Below are positions 25,071-39,007 of a stretch of 64,000 bases of DNA, in pieces. How positions within the stretch are numbered: position 1 is the stretch's first letter; each line of letters opens with the position of its first letter. The DNA is from Malacoraja senta (lineage: Eukaryota). The stretch lies in the NCBI GenBank assembly GCA_038087875.1, contig CM075978.1:175026001-175090000 (forward strand), given 5' to 3'. The position numbers and the translations under genes were made by a program. Under the pieces are notes generated by a model. The model was not told where the DNA came from. It saw nothing but the letters and a program-made list of their open reading frames with translations, and ran no database searches.

Positions 25071-25925
25071 TAGTGCGGCGGCGCGGATTACTGCAGCGGC
25101 CCCCACAGCCTGTCTGTCTTTTTTTTAAATTTGTGTCTAGTTAAATGTAGTTGTTTGTGTTTTTTGTACTGTTTTTAATTGTGTATATGTGGGGGGCGGC
25201 GGGGGGGAGGGGGACACGTTAAAAATCTCTTCCCTGTACGGGAGACCCGACCTTTACCCTGTCGGGTCTCCGTTGTCGTTGGGGCCTAGCTCCGTGAAGC
25301 GGCTTCCGACCTGGACGACCTGGGGGCTCCAGTCGCGGAGCCTGTGAAGCTGCGGACTTACCATCGTGGGGCTCGCCGGCCTCGGAGCGCGAGGAGCGGT
25401 GGTGGCTCGCTGCTGCGGCCCGACTCCCGGAGCTCCAGCTGCAGACCGGTAGACAGTGATATCGGGAGCTCGCGGGTCCGGGTGAGAGACCGCTTTCCGG
25501 AGCTCCCGTAACGCAACTTCTCCCGCCCGTGTCGCAGGGTTGGAACGACCCGGAGCTGGGCCGTAAATCGCCCGGCGCGGCTTTAATGGCTGCGTGACAT
25601 TCCAGCGCCCGCCGGGGGCTCCAACTTTGTGACTTTTGGGCCCGGAGCGAGGCCGACCGCCCGGCGCGACTTCAACGGCCGTGGGACTTAACATTGCCCG
25701 CCTGGGGCTTCAACATCGGGAGAAAAATGGTGCAGGGGAGAGAAAAGACTTTGCCTTCCATCACAGTGAGGAGGAGATTCACTGTGATAGACGTTTTCTG
25801 TAAATTGAATTGTTTGTGTGTCGTGTAGGAATTGTTTTGTTTGTATGACTGTGGAAACGGAGTTTCGTTTGAGCCTCTTTGAGGTTCAAATGACAAGGAA
25901 TAAAATCTAATCTAATCTGATAGTG
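25071..25925 (+). mobile_element. GC-rich non-autonomous retroelement (family A)
   Basis: Colinear with 59303-60190; (ATCTA)n tail. Confidence 0.8.
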
Positions 25926-26741
25926 GGGATATGAAATGAACTGCCAGATGAGATTATTGAGGCTGAAACTACAACAACATTTAAAGGACATTTGAACAGG
26001 ACATGGATGGTTTTGGAGACCAAACGCCGGCAGATGGGACTAATGCAGATGGGACAGTGTGATCGGCATGATGCATTCCAGCCCCTCTGCCAACCTATCT
26101 CTGTGTAAAGAGCGTGCCGCATACATCAATATCAACCTTCCCCCACTCAGTTTATATCCATGCCCTCTAATGTTCGACATTTCCCACCCTAGGATACAAT
26201 TTGTGACAGACTACCCTATCTATGCCCGTCATTTAAAAAATAATAATTTTATATATTGTCCCCTCAGACTCTGACATTCAGAAAAAATAATTCAACCTCT
26301 CCTTGTAGCTGAAACACTGATCCAGGCAACGTTCTGGTAAACCTCCGCTGCATCCTCTCAAATACATTCACATCATCCCTGTAATGGGGCAACCAGAACT
26401 GTTTGCAATACTAAATGCAGCTAATCAATCCAAAGTAACAAATCACCATGTGTCCCACACATTGAAATCATCTCCATTAGCATTCAATTACGGAATTAGC
26501 ATTCAAATACGGGTTTTTCAGAATCCATGCAGAAAAATGTCACTGCCCCATCCACATAAATCACCTTCATCATTACATTAAATTCAATCAGACGTGAGCT
26601 CCAATAGATTCCCGATGACTGACATGAACCTCAACAGCTTGTGATTTCCTTTCTTACTTATTTCCTTCAGAAAGAAAAGGGCAACATTCGCTACTCTTCA
26701 GCCATCCGGGAACTCGATTGTGGCTTAAGTGGATACCAAAC

Positions 26742-29700
26742 ATAGAAACATAGAAACATAGGTGCAGGAGGATGCCATTCGGCCATTCGAGCCAGCACCG
26801 CCAATCATGGCTGATCGTCCACAATCAATAACCCGTGCCTGCCTTCTCCCCATATACATTGACTCCACTAGCCCCTAGAGCTCTATCTAACTCTCTCTTA
26901 AATCCATCCTGTGATTTAGCCTCCACTGCCCTCTGTGGCAGGGAATTCCATAAATTCACAACTCTCTGGGTGAAAAGGTTTTTTCTCACCTCAGTCTTAA
27001 ATGACCTCCCCTTTATTCTAAGGCTGTGGCCCCTGGTTCTGGACTCGCCCAACATTGGGAACATTTTTCCTGCATCTAGCTTGTCCAGTCCTTTTATAAT
27101 TTTTATATGTTTCTATGAGATAACCCCTCATCCTTCTAAACTCCAGTGAATACAAGCCTAGACTTTTCAATCTTTCCTCATATGACAATCCCGCCATCCC
27201 AGGGATCAATCTCGTGAACCTACGCTGCACTGCCTCAATCACAAGGATGTCCTTCCTCAAATTAGGTGACCAAATCTGTACACAATACTCCAGATGTGGT
27301 CTCACCAGAGCCCTATACAACTGCAGAAGAACCTCTTTACTACTATACTGAAATCCTCTTGTTATGAAGGCCAACATTCCATTAGCTTTCTTCACTGCCT
27401 GCTGTACCTGCACGCCAACTTTCAGTGACCCGTGTACAAGGACACCCAGGTCTCGCTGTACCTCCCCCTTACCTAACCTAACCCCATTGAGATAATAATC
27501 TGCCCCCTTGTTTTTGCCGCCAAAGTGGATAACTTCACATGTATTTATATTATACTGCATCTGCCACGCATCTGCCCACTCACCCAACCTGTCCAGGTCA
27601 CCCTGAAACCTCCTAACATCCTCTTCACAGTTCACATTGCCACCCAGCTTTGTGTCATCCGCAAACTTGCTAGTGTTGATCCTAATTCCCTCTTCCAAAT
27701 CATTAATATATATGGTAAACAGTTGCGGCCCCAACACCGAGCCTTGCGGCACTCCACTCGCCGCTGCCTGCCATTCTGAAAAGGACCCGTTCACTCCTAC
27801 TCCTTGCTTCCGGTCTGCCAACCAATTTTCTATCAACACCCTACCCCCAATACCGTGTGCTCTAATTTTAGTCACCAGTCTCCCGTGCGGGACCTCATCA
27901 AAGGCTTTCTGAAAGTCTAGATACACTACATCCACTGGCACCCCTTCATCCATTTTACTTGTCACATCCTCACAAATTTAGCGAAGATTAGTCAAGCATG
28001 ATTTCCCTTTCATAAATCCATGTTGACTTGGACTAATCCTTTTACGGCTATCCAAATGCCCCATTATTACCTCTTTAACAATTGACTCCAGCATATATCC
28101 TACCACCGAAGTCAGGCTAACTGTCTGTAAATCCGCGTTTTCTCTCTCGCTCCTTTCTTGAAAAGTGGGATAACATTAACTATCCTCCAATCCACAGGAA
28201 CTGATCCTGAATCTATTGAACATTGGAAAATGATCACCAATGCGTCCACTATTTCTAGAGCCACCTCCCTGAGGATCCTGGGATGCAGACCATCAGGCCG
28301 AGGGGATTTATCATCCTTCAGTCCCATTAGCCTACCCAATAGTATTTCTCGTCTAATGAAACATTCTTTCAGTTCCTCTACACCCTTAGATCCTCTGTCC
28401 TCCAGTACATCTGGGAGATTGTTTGTGTCTTCCTTAGTGAAGACAGATCCGAAGTACCTATTCAACTCTTCTGCCATTTCCTTGTTGCCCATAATAATTT
28501 CACCCGTGTCTGCCTTCAAGGGACCCACATTTGACTTTGCTACTCTTTTTCCCTTAACATATCTAAAGATGCTTTTACTGTCCTTCTTTATATTCCTGGT
28601 CAGCTTCCCTTCATACTTCATCTTTTCAGCCCGTATTGTCCGTTTTGTTTCCTTCTGTTGTCCTATGAAAGTTTCCCAATCCTCTGGCTTCCGGCTACTC
28701 TTTGCTGTGTTATACATCTTTTCTTTTAGTTTTATTCTATCCCTAACTTCTCTTGTCAGCCACGATTGCCTCCTACTCCCCTTAGAATCTTTCTTCCTTT
28801 TTGGAATGAAATGATCCTGCGTCTTCCGGATTATGCCCAGTAAATTCCTGCCTTTGCTGTTCCACCGTCATTCCTGCTAGGATCCCTTTCCAATCTACTT
28901 TGGCCAGCTCCCCTCTCATGCCTTCATAGTCCTCTTGGTTCAACTGCATCACTGCCACTTCCGATTTAACCTTCTCCTTCTCAAATTGCAAATTAAAACT
29001 AATCATATTATGATCACTACCTCCAAGCGGTTCCTTTACCTCAAGTTCTCTTATCATATCTGGTTCATTGGACAACACTAAATCCAGAATTGCCTTTTCT
29101 CTGGTCGGCTCCATTACAAGCTGCTCTAAGAATCCATCTCGGAGGCATTCTACAAACTCTCTTTCTTGGGGTCCTGAACCAACTTGATTTTCCCAGTCTA
29201 CCTGCATATTGAAATCCCCCATCACCACAGTGGCATTACCTTTGTTACATGCCAGTTTTAACTCCTGCTGCAACTTACACCCTACATCCGGGCTACTATT
29301 TGGGGGTCTGTAAATAACACCAATTAGTGTCTTCTTGCCTTTACAATTCCTCAACTCAATCCACAGTGACTCTACCTCGTGTCCCTATATCATCCCTCGC
29401 AAGGGACTGAATTCCATCCCTCACCAGCAGAGCTACCCCCCTCCTCTGCCCACCTGCGTGTCCTTTCTATAGGATGTATAACCTTGAATATTAAGTTCCC
29501 AGGCCCGATCCTCCTGCAGCCACGTCTCAGTAATCCCCACAATGTCATATCTACCAACCTCTAACTGAGCCTCAAGCTCATCTACTTTACTTCTTATACT
29601 TTGCGCATTCATATAACAATACTTTTAATTCCTTACGCATCTCACCTTTCACATCGATCCCTATTACACTTGGCCATACTCTCCTATCCCTTTGTGAGCT

Positions 29701-30510
29701 TCCTTTCCCGTTAATTCTGGGGTCATTAACCATCCCTTTACTCTATTTCCCTTTAACTCCGTCCTCGACTATCCCATTTGACACCCCACCCCCCTTATTC
29801 AGTTTTAAACCACCCGTGTAACAGTGGCACACCTGCCTGCCAGAATGCTGGTCCCCCACCTGTTAAGATGCAATCCGTCCCTTTTGTACAGTTCCCCCTT
29901 ACTCCAAAACAGATCCCAGTGATCTAAGAATCTAAATCCCTGCCCCTTGCACCAGATCCTCAGCCACACATTCAGGTCCCGTATCTCCCTGTTCCTGCTC
30001 TCGCCAGCACGAGGAACTGGAAGCAAACCCGAGATAACAACCCTGGAGGTCCTGCTTTTCAGCATTTTTCCGAGCTCTCTAAAGTCACGCTGCAGAATAT
30101 TCATCCCCTTCTTTCCGACATCGTTTGTGCCGACATGCACTAGCACTTTCGGCTGTTCACCTTCGCCCTGGAGGATTTTCTGCACTCTGTCCGTGACATC
30201 CTGGATCTTGGCACCAGGAAGGCAGCACACCATCCTCGAATCCCGTCTATTGCCGCAGAAATCCCTGTCCGTACCTCTCATAATGGAGTCTCCAACTACA
30301 ATGGCGTTGCTTGACGTTGGCCGCTTTGGTTTTGACTCAACAGCCCTTTTTGCTTCGCAAGCCAGTCCGCCGCTCAGTGTGATAACGTCTTCTGTCCCGT
30401 CAGCTTCTAAGTGGGTGAACCTGTTCACAAGAGGTACAACACCCGGGGACGTTTGCATTCCATGATTCCCTCCCTTTCTCACCGTCACCCACCTTCTCTC
30501 TTCCAGTACC
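26742..30510 (-). mobile_element. CR1 LINE, near full-length: ORF1 SGNH/GDSL esterase part plus ORF2 EN-RT, disrupted
   Basis: 29805-30488 VVGDSI...VHVGTND esterase; EN 28782-29354; RT 27018-27965; (CATAGAAA)n tail at ~26742. Confidence 0.95.
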
Positions 30511-30599
30511 TTAGGTCCTCATCAAAGGCGCTGCAATCTCATCTCCTCCCTTGCCTACTTCAATAAAAGAGGGGCACCTTAAGGCTTTTGAAGAGAACC

Positions 30600-31990
30600 A
30601 ACTCTTTCTGGTTCTCAAAGTGCACCAGCAAATTGTCACCTAATTTACAATATCTCAGATCATCCAATCATTCCTCGCCTATATAACGTCATTCCTCCTC
30701 CTTACTGGCGCATACTGGTCCTGATTTCTGATCAGTTGGCCTTTAATCGACCACCATGTCCAATGTAAACGTACCCAACAACATCTGCTCACCATTTCAT
30801 CTCCCCCAATATCTAGATGCATCCTTATTCGTAGCTATCTTAAAACTTATGGATTTATGATCAGGGATCAGCTCATTTCCCAAAGTAAGGTGTAACATGG
30901 ACCGGCCTCGAGTTGGAATATCCACAGACTGTTTCAAGAAACTACCTTGGATACACCTAACCAAGCTTGCTCTCTTTAGATCTTCTGCACGAAGGAAGTC
31001 ACAGTCAATAATGGGGATTTGTCACCGATACCAGAAACTTGATGTTTTGACATCTTTCTCTAATCTCCCCACATATCTGTTTCTCTGTCATTCACCGGCG
31101 AAAGGGATGGTATAATCCCATTTTTGTTGCACCTCTCTTTATATTGCGTTCCACCCCTATTGCCTCAATTGATGAGTATGTGAGTGCCGCTGACATTTCC
31201 TGATTTGTAATGCAATTCCTGTATCTCTTGTACCCCATTCCCAGAATGTATGAAACATCAAAACTCATAAATGTTGAGTTAGCAGCCTACCGCTTTATCT
31301 ATAATACTCCTAATCCGCTTTATCTATAATACTCCTTAAAATAAACACCTCAACCGACCTGTTTCAACGTTTTGAACCACACTCAAAACACACCTCAGAT
31401 CATGCATCTTAATTTTTTTTTATTAACCTTTTCCCGCCACACCTCCATTTCAAACTAATGGGTCATAGCCCCGATCTTGCCACTAGCTGTTCCATGGGCT
31501 GACCTGCTGCTCCCACCACTCCCCCCCCCCCGCCGTGCTCATCCCTCGTGCATAAATCCTCCTAAGTAACTGCAAGGACACCGCCTTTACCTACCAGTTC
31601 AATTGCACCCCGTCCGTTTTATATAGGTCTCATTCGTCCTGTAAGAAAACCCAACAATCCATATATTTTATGCCCATCCACCTACACCAGGGCCTTAGCC
31701 AAGTGTTCACTTGGATTATTCTGCTATTCCTATCGATACCGTTTATTAATCCCGAGATCGCAATCCTGGAGGACTTGTTTTTTTCACCGAATACCGAACT
31801 CCCTGAATTCTCTTTGCAGGCTCTCGTGTCCCTTTCCACATATGGCATTGATACTATTATGGAGCACGAGATATGGCTTCTCACCCTCCCGTCTCACAAT
31901 GTTCCGTGTTTGCCACGTGACATTCGTAATACCAGACAATAGAGTGAGGAGAGAGCATTCTCGAGTATCTCTTGCTGCTAGTGAAACCAT
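30600..31990 (-). mobile_element. Old degenerate CR1 (esterase and EN remnants)
   Basis: SRIAISGL...IIQVNTWLRPWCRWMGIKYMD resembles the ORF1 esterase at 29805-30488. Confidence 0.6.
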
Positions 31991-33139
31991 TGACTGGAGT
32001 CGACTATTAGTATTTCATTTGAACTAATTTAACAGTGACGTTCATTCAACACTTAGATAAACAAGATGTTTTCGTACTTTTTATTTCTTCTCTAAATCAC
32101 AAATATTTGATCAGAAATACGCCGAATGAATTAACATTGAGCATGTCTCTGCCTGATGGAAATGTATCCATCGCTTCACTAATTTCACAGATAGTTCACG
32201 TCTATCACGTCTTCACCAACTGATGTAAATGACGAAGCTTTAAGATTACTGTTTAGATTGGCACAGTGATGTAGTAAGACGGGAGATGCGTGCAGCTTAC
32301 AGACGTGTTACCTCAACTCTAGAAGCCCCGGTTGAATATGGCCGCTCGTGGGTTTTTTTTTCCGTTCTCCATTTGACCACGTCATGAGGTCATAAGCGAT
32401 AGGAGTAGAATTAGGCCATATGGCCCATTAAGTACATTCCGTCATTCAATCATGGCTGATCTATTCTTTCCCCTTAACCTCTGACACCTGTATTATTCAA
32501 GAACTAATCTCTGACACCTGTACTAACCACGTGCTCCGGTAATTCACATATATCGAAAAATTGAGAGTCGATAGGATAATTGGATAAGGTGTCGCGTTGT
32601 GTTGGTGGGTGATGGAACGGGAGAATGAATTTATATGGATTTAGAGAGAATAAACCGGTATTAATGTACATCCTTGCTTGACGCACGAGGTCGTTGGATC
32701 AAACAAACTGCGACGCCAGGTATTATTTTGTGACAGTGCATGGAAACGGACGGAATTAAACAGTTCTATGTACAGATACAACAGTCCAGTTCAACCCAAA
32801 GCAGACTTGATCAATCCATAAACGCCAAACGACAATACATCCATAATGGGTTTTAATGCAAGTAGGTTAATTTAATCCATGTATTTAAGTTAATTATTCT
32901 AATCAAATACCTTTGTTAAATTGCGGTAATTTCAAATGCGGCTTCACATCATTCCGAGTTGCAATTCGAAGTTGAGAACAGTTAAAACTCACTTTCACAT
33001 TACAATTTGAAGAATAATCGTGCAACCAATATGAGCTCGTAATCGAACTAGTTGTGAAGCTTTCAACAAAATACCTCATAGCATTAACTACACGACGTTT
33101 GTCAACCTGGAACATTAATTTGAAGATAAATATGAACAA

Positions 33140-34086
33140 TGCAGTCGGTGGGGGCGTTGCAAGCCGGCCGCCCTGCCAGCAGCGTGTCAGTTTTTTCTAC
33201 TTTTTTGTTTATTTTAGTGTGTTTAAATTTGTGTTTTTGATGTTCCTCTGTGTGTCTTGTGTGTGGGGTAGTGGTGTGGGGGGGTGGTGTAGGGGGGGGG
33301 TAAGGGGGAAACCGTTTCGGTCGCCTCCTCCACGGAGAGGCGACTTTTTTCCATGTCGCCTCCCCCGTGGCCTAACATCGAGGATCGGTGCGGCCTTTCC
33401 CGGAGACGTGCCCGGGGCTTCAGCCGTGGGCGCAGCGCGGACTCTCGGCGTGGAGCGGGCGAACCCTCGCCGGCGCTCGCCGGAGGGGAACGCTCCGTTC
33501 ACTGGCTCGCGGCAGCCTGAAGCCGCGGTCTGCGGAGCTCCAGCTGGCGCGGCGTCCTGGGCCTGGGATCCCACGTTGGGGACCCGGGAGGAGAAGAGCT
33601 CCAACTGCCGGACCGCGGCCAACTTCGACCGCGAGCGCTGCGGGGACTTACCATCAGGAGCGGGGTCCCTCGCCGGGGACTCCTGGAGACGAGCTTCGAC
33701 CGCCGGCCCTGAGGTCTGCGGTGCTTCTGGCAGCGGCGTGGCGGGAACTTTAAATCTTCGACCGCCGGCCTGCGGCCTACACCAACCTGAAGCCGCGGTC
33801 TCCGGTAGGGGAGCACCGATTCAGGACTTACCTGGACTTTTTACCTTGTCTGCACATCTGGACGCCTGAAGCGGCGGCTGCGGAGGGTTGAGGTCCAGAC
33901 CTCGGGGGAGAATGGAGGAGGTCTGGCCAAATTTTGTGCCTTCCACCACAGTGATGAATGCTGTGGTGGATGTTTGTGTTAAATTTTGATTGTGTTTTTG
34001 TGCGTTATTTTTCATTGTACCGCTGCTGGCAAATTCATTTCACTTGCACTTTATGCGCAAGTGACGAATAAAACTGATTGATTGAT
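33140..34086 (+). mobile_element. GC-rich non-autonomous retroelement (family B)
   Basis: Same layout as family A (T-rich tract, G-run, hairpins); GTGACGAATAAAAC(TGAT)n tail; 3' end repeated at 36120-36302. Confidence 0.75.
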
Positions 34087-34509
34087 GGCTTTACATTTAC
34101 TTACTCTAATATAATCTTGCCGTTAATCTGTGAACCGGTGGCCCTTTTAACATCTTAAATATAAGCCTTCCTAAAATGAGGAAAAAATGTACTCGGCAGG
34201 TCCGCTTCAGTTCATGTAAGGTCTGGTAATTAGATTATATGCAGCCGGTAATGAAGACCTGTTAGTTTAATCGTTTCAGGCGGAGTATAAAAATAAGGAC
34301 ATTTGTTTGAGTGAATGATTACGCTGCCTACATTATTTTACTTTCGTGCGGTCTAATTGTTGCCTGACCTGTTCCGGATACAGCCACGCCTTTAGTTTCC
34401 ATTCTTCAAAGTCCCTGCAAGTAAGCGCGTAAATGTTCTGTGATTGCACATGAAGGCGATCACTCTAGCAGACGTAGAGCGATATGATTGACGCATTCTT
34501 TCCTTTCAG

Positions 34510-34585
34510 ATCAGAAAATTCATCGTCGATTTATTTCAACTCATCACAACTTTAGGCGTGTTTCCTCTGCGGATTTTGCATGCAG
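34510..34585 (+). pseudogene. Leader-like exon of a decayed paralog of gene B
   Basis: cctttcag acceptor, GCAG|GTAC phase-1 donor; FIVDLFQLITTLGVFPLRILHA aligns without gaps to FVVDTFLKVSPWTMYFLGILNA at 39018-39084. Confidence 0.55.
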
Positions 34586-35132
34586 GTACAGCTTTTTTTT
34601 TTACAAAACATAGTTTCAATTTGTGTTAATGGGTAGCTCACCCCAATTACTAGTATGTTTCATTGAAAACGAACCACATTAATGCGTTGGAATTACATAG
34701 CCTCGATTGGGACAAGGTTATCCTACGAAGGGCTTCATTGAGCTACACGAGATTTCAAGAACAACCCCGCAATTTTGTTATCGTTATGACAAAATTCTCA
34801 ATTTTAAACAAAATATAATTAAACGCACCACGTTTCCATAGCGAAATTTGAACCGAGCCCTTACTAGATGATGAGCTGAATAAGAATGCGCCTTCACTTT
34901 ACCTGCTCGGTTGTATTGTTTATTCTCCGATATCTTCAACACCGAGTCCGTGATTAAATTCATAATCGACAAGAAACACAGACATCTTCATTGCTAAATA
35001 AGATCTTGCGCATAAGGTGCACATCGTCAGTAGTAACGGTAGGGTGAGAATCAATACAGGGTCCACCAGGGAAATGAGGTGGATAATAAATCTGTTACTT
35101 CGCCTTTTTGAAATAATTATACATTGTTGAAT

Positions 35133-35245
35133 CCAGGGCTGTGGAGTCGGAGTGGGAGTCGTCGAGTCGGAATCGGAGCAATTTTGATGCAGCTGGAGTC
35201 GGAGTCGTTAAAAAAAGTCCCGTCTCCGACCTCCACATAAATTTC
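35133..35245. mobile_element. Short hAT-like remnant (CAGGGCTGTGGAGTCGGAG)
   Basis: GGAGTC subterminal repeats and a partial inverted end CTCCGACCTCCAC. Confidence 0.45.
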
Positions 35246-36119
35246 AGAGACTACTTAAATCGGAAAAAATCCCACTTTTTAAACATGCCGCACACATTTA
35301 TTTCCACCCGAGAGAATGAGAAATCACATCGGTGCAGCCATCTGGCGGCAGAACGACCAGAAACAAAACGTAAACAAACGCCATCACCAGCTGATTTCCC
35401 TCCACCTACTACTGAGTGATCATGTCTGGATAATTTCTGAATTCAAAAGGAAAATTTAGACATTCATTTATGGGGAAATATATTATAAATGAATACAGAT
35501 TACGAATGTTCATGATTTACTGCAAAATAAATCGTCAGTGATGATTAATTCCGTCTAAACAGCAGTACATACTAGTCTTGGAAAAGCGTCAAAAAATGTG
35601 GTGATTTTTCGTCAATGCAAACCTTAATTTCTACTTTCAGTGGGATGCTTGACACAATATTCTAGGTTAAAAGGTTAGTAAATGGTTGGGTAATGAAGGA
35701 AAAAAAGGTTAGGGCTCATTTAGCTAAAAGTTTAGTAAATACAGGCTAACCTAACCTAACGGGTTGGGGGCTGCGTCCCTGTGACCGCCGTAATCCCTTA
35801 AAACAAGTTTCCTTAAATTATTTAATTATTACCAATGAATAGAGACTACTAAAGTGAGTTAGTAAAGTATGCCCGTTCTTCCACCGGTATTTACTGTACT
35901 TGAACCTCGTATTTTGTGATGTATATAAGATGTTAATAATTCCATTTCAGGCACGGAATGAATCACTAATGTCATTCATTATTTTCTTATTCAGTAAAAA
36001 CGTTTGAGTTCATTCAAAATTACCCAAGTTAGCCAATTTGAAATCTAAAGCCCCTTTCTCAATGGCAAAGAAAACTCCAACCAGATCCTGCTGTTTTTGA
36101 TTATTTTACAATAATTACA

Positions 36120-36302
36120 GATGGAAATGGAGGAGGACTGGCCAAATTTTGTGCCTTCCACCACAGTGATGAATGCTGTGGTGGATGTTTGTGTTAAATT
36201 GGTATTGTGTTTTTGTGTGTTCTTTCTCATTGTACCGCTGCTGGCAAATTCATTTCACATGCACTTTACGTGCAATGTGACGAATAAAACCGTATTGTAT
36301 TG
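36120..36302 (+). mobile_element. Family B 3' fragment
   Basis: Near-identical to 33910-34086. Confidence 0.8.
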
Positions 36303-36589
36303 ATGAAAAAACATTTTGTGTGTCAGTGTATGATAGAAGATGATGATGATGAAAGATTGTGTGGAACAATGCTCCAACAAGAGCTTCAAATTTGAAAAGA
36401 CATTTGCATCGTTTCCACCCTAACATTTTAGAAGTTGTAAATGAGAAAGATACAAGAACCAATAAAAATCTTACAACTACATTAAAGTCAGCAAATACAA
36501 CTTGAATCAGAAACTTTTTGTTGCTAGTGTTGATAAACCACGAGAAGATTAGTTTAGTGGAGTATGTAATTTCTGTTGTCTATTACTCT

Positions 36590-36887
36590 GGACCGATGGG
36601 GGGGAAGCGATATCCGATGCTGCGCAGAAGACGCCGCTCAACAAAATAAACGTTACACACCTATTTCCCTTCCTCTTCGATCTTAATCAACCTAACGTAA
36701 CGGTGCACTGGCAAAGAGACGGAAATAAGAACTTCCTGAGAAGAGATAGCAGAACATTACGGGTAGGGGGCGCAACCGTTGTTGCTGCTGCATGTGAGCG
36801 TGCTGACAGTAGAATGTACTTCCACATTCCACAAACTTGCGGGTTAAACGGTTTAAAATGAAACCAGTCAAGAACCTATCATATACT
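36590..36887 (+). pseudogene. Decayed Ig V exon paralogous to the gene B V exon
   Basis: ISDAAQKT..INVT...VHWQRDGNKNFLRRDSR vs ISNVVQKT..INIT...VFWWKDGNKGFLKEDSR; both Cys lost, frameshifts, acceptor lost, GTGAG donor kept. Confidence 0.8.
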
Positions 36888-36919
36888 GTGAGGGGCGTTT
36901 GAATTTCAAATGTGAAACA

Positions 36920-38180
36920 CATGGGTGTGGCAGAGAATTCCAGAGCTTCACCACTCTCTGTGTAAAAAATGTTTTTCTCATCTCAGTCCTAAAGGATTTC
37001 CCCTTTATCCTTAAACTGTGACCCCTTGTTCTGGACTTCCCCAACATCGGGAACAATCTTCCTGCATCTAGCCTGTCCAACCCCTTAAGAATTGTGTAAG
37101 TTTCTATAAGATCCCCCCTCAATCTTCTAAATTCTAGCGAGTACAAGCCGAGTCTATCCAGTCTTTCTTCATATGAAAGTCCTGACATCCTAGGAATCAG
37201 TCTGGTGAACCTTCTCTGTACTCCCTCTATGGCACGAATGTCCTTTCTCAGATTAGGAGACCAAAACTGTACGCAATACTCCAGGTGTGGTCTCACCAAG
37301 ACCCTGTACAACTCCAGTAGAACCTCCATGCACCTATACTCAAATCCTTTTGCTATGAATGCTAACATACCATTCGCTTTCTTCACTGCCTGCATGCCTA
37401 CTTTCAACGACTGGTGTACCATGACACCCAGGTCTCGTTGCATCTCCCCTTTTCCTAATCGGCCACCATTCAGGTAATAGTCTACTTTCCTGTTCTTGCC
37501 ACCAAAGTGGATAACCTCACATGTATCCATATTATACTGCATTTGCCATGCATTTGACCACTCACCCAGCCTATCCAAGTCATCTTGCAGCCTCCTAGCA
37601 TCTTCCTCACAGCTAACACTGCCCCCCCCCCCCCCAGCTACGTGTCATCCGCAAACTTGGAGATGTTGCATTCAATTCCCTCGTCCAAATCATTAATGTA
37701 TATTGTAAATAGCTGGGGTCCCAGCACTGAGCCTTGCGGTACCCCACTAGTTACTGCCTGCCATTCTGAAAAGGACCCGTTAACTCCTACTCTTTGCTTC
37801 CTGTTTGCCAGCCAGTTCTCTATCCACATCAATACTGAACCCCCAATACCGTGTGCTTTAAGTTTGTATACTAATCTCTTATGTGGGACCTTGTCGAAAG
37901 CCTTCTGAAAGTCCAGATATAACACATCCACTGGTTCTCCCTTATCCACTCTACTAGTTACCTCCTCGAAAAATACTATAAGATTCTTCAGACATGATTT
38001 ACCTTTCATAAATCCATGCTGACTTTGTCCAATGATTTCACCACTTTACAAATGTGCTGCTATCCCATCTTTAATAACTGACTCTAGCAGTTTCCCCACT
38101 ACCGATGTTAGACTAACTGGTCTGTAATTCCCCGTTTTCTCTCTCCCTCCCTTTTTAAAAAGTGGGGTTACATTAGCTGC
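36920..38180 (-). mobile_element. CR1 RT fragment, truncated at both ends
   Basis: ORFs 36868-37578, 37638-38009 and 38046-38255. Confidence 0.93.
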
Positions 38181-38317
38181 CCTCCTTATGAAGGATAATA
38201 AAATAAATATCACGGAGACTAATATATTTCGAATGTAAACAACACGCGTTAGCATGAATAGTCAATTGTACATATTATTTACGTAACTGATATTTTAAAA
38301 AAACTGTCCAACAATAG

Positions 38318-38530
38318 GTAGACGCAAAATGCTGGAGTAACTCAGCGGGATAGGCAGCATCTCTGGAGCGAAGGAATGGGTGACGTTTCGGGTCGACACC
38401 CTTCTTCAGACCTTCGACACGAAACGTCACCCATTCCTTCGTTCCAGAGATGCTGCATGTCCCGCTGAGTTCCTCTAGCATGTTGAGTCTACCTTCGATT
38501 TAAACCAGCATCTGCAGTTCTTTCCTCCAC
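38318..38530. repeat. Palindromic Penelope-pLTR-derived repeat with a hammerhead-like core; other copies at ~12070, 39705, 43410, 60720, 61140, 61495, 63270
   Basis: GCTGGAGTAACTCAGCGGG...TGACGTTTCGGGTCGACACCCTTCTTCAGAC followed by its inverted copy; same sequence as the terminus of the 4456-5608 element. Confidence 0.8.
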
Positions 38531-38854
38531 ATTATGTTCAGCTATATATACGGCCTGCTCATAATACCTGTAATTCAGACATCTTACTTAGAACTGTGGA
38601 AATGACGAGGACGAAACCGGTCTGAGGAAATAAATGAGCTTTGAGGGTCGTTAAAGGGGAAAAGAACAGAAAAGAGGCGTTTTAAACCAAGATTGGTTCA
38701 TTCATGGCCTTATCAAATTCTCGAGGTGGTGGGGAGGAGGGGGGGGGGGCAATGTCCTTATTTGGCATCTTATTTTAATTAGATCCTCTCATTGGGAAAA
38801 TCGAGAAATGATCGATGTGCGGACTGTTTGATGTCCTCAAATAAAACAGCCTTC

Positions 38855-38910
38855 TATTTCCTGACTCAATTTCCGCCTTCAGGCACTCAGCAAGCCCTAT
38901 ATTAAAAGCA
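38855..38910 (+). promoter_or_regulatory. Candidate gene B proximal promoter (ETS-like TTTCCTG overlapping AP-1 TGACTCA; TATA-like TATATTAAAA)
   Basis: Motif matches only, ~100-150 bp upstream of the leader exon. Confidence 0.3.
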
Positions 38911-39007
38911 ACGCATTTCTCGGCCATGTCATGGGGTGACCGACGTGATTAGGAGTCAGTGTAGAAGATACCGTGACGATTATTAACCAGACCTTCATCT
39001 TTCCCAG

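Noticed and set aside
26640-26745. Strong polypyrimidine acceptor followed by a KEKGNIRYSSAI frame as a cytoplasmic exon
   Set aside because: No donor before the CR1 tail, no upstream gene on that strand, and the Tyr motif is not an ITIM
32262-32300. CACAGTG heptamers (also ~25762, 33948, 59034, 60023) as RSS
   Set aside because: No ACAAAAACC nonamer seen at 12/23 spacing, none adjacent to V exons, and most are part of a repeat hairpin
33054-33869. 271-aa GC-rich ORF, and similar ORFs at 20475-21259, 23361-23948, 25254-25694 and 59388-59934
   Set aside because: Stop-poor frames inside GC-rich repeats or low-complexity DNA; no domain signal
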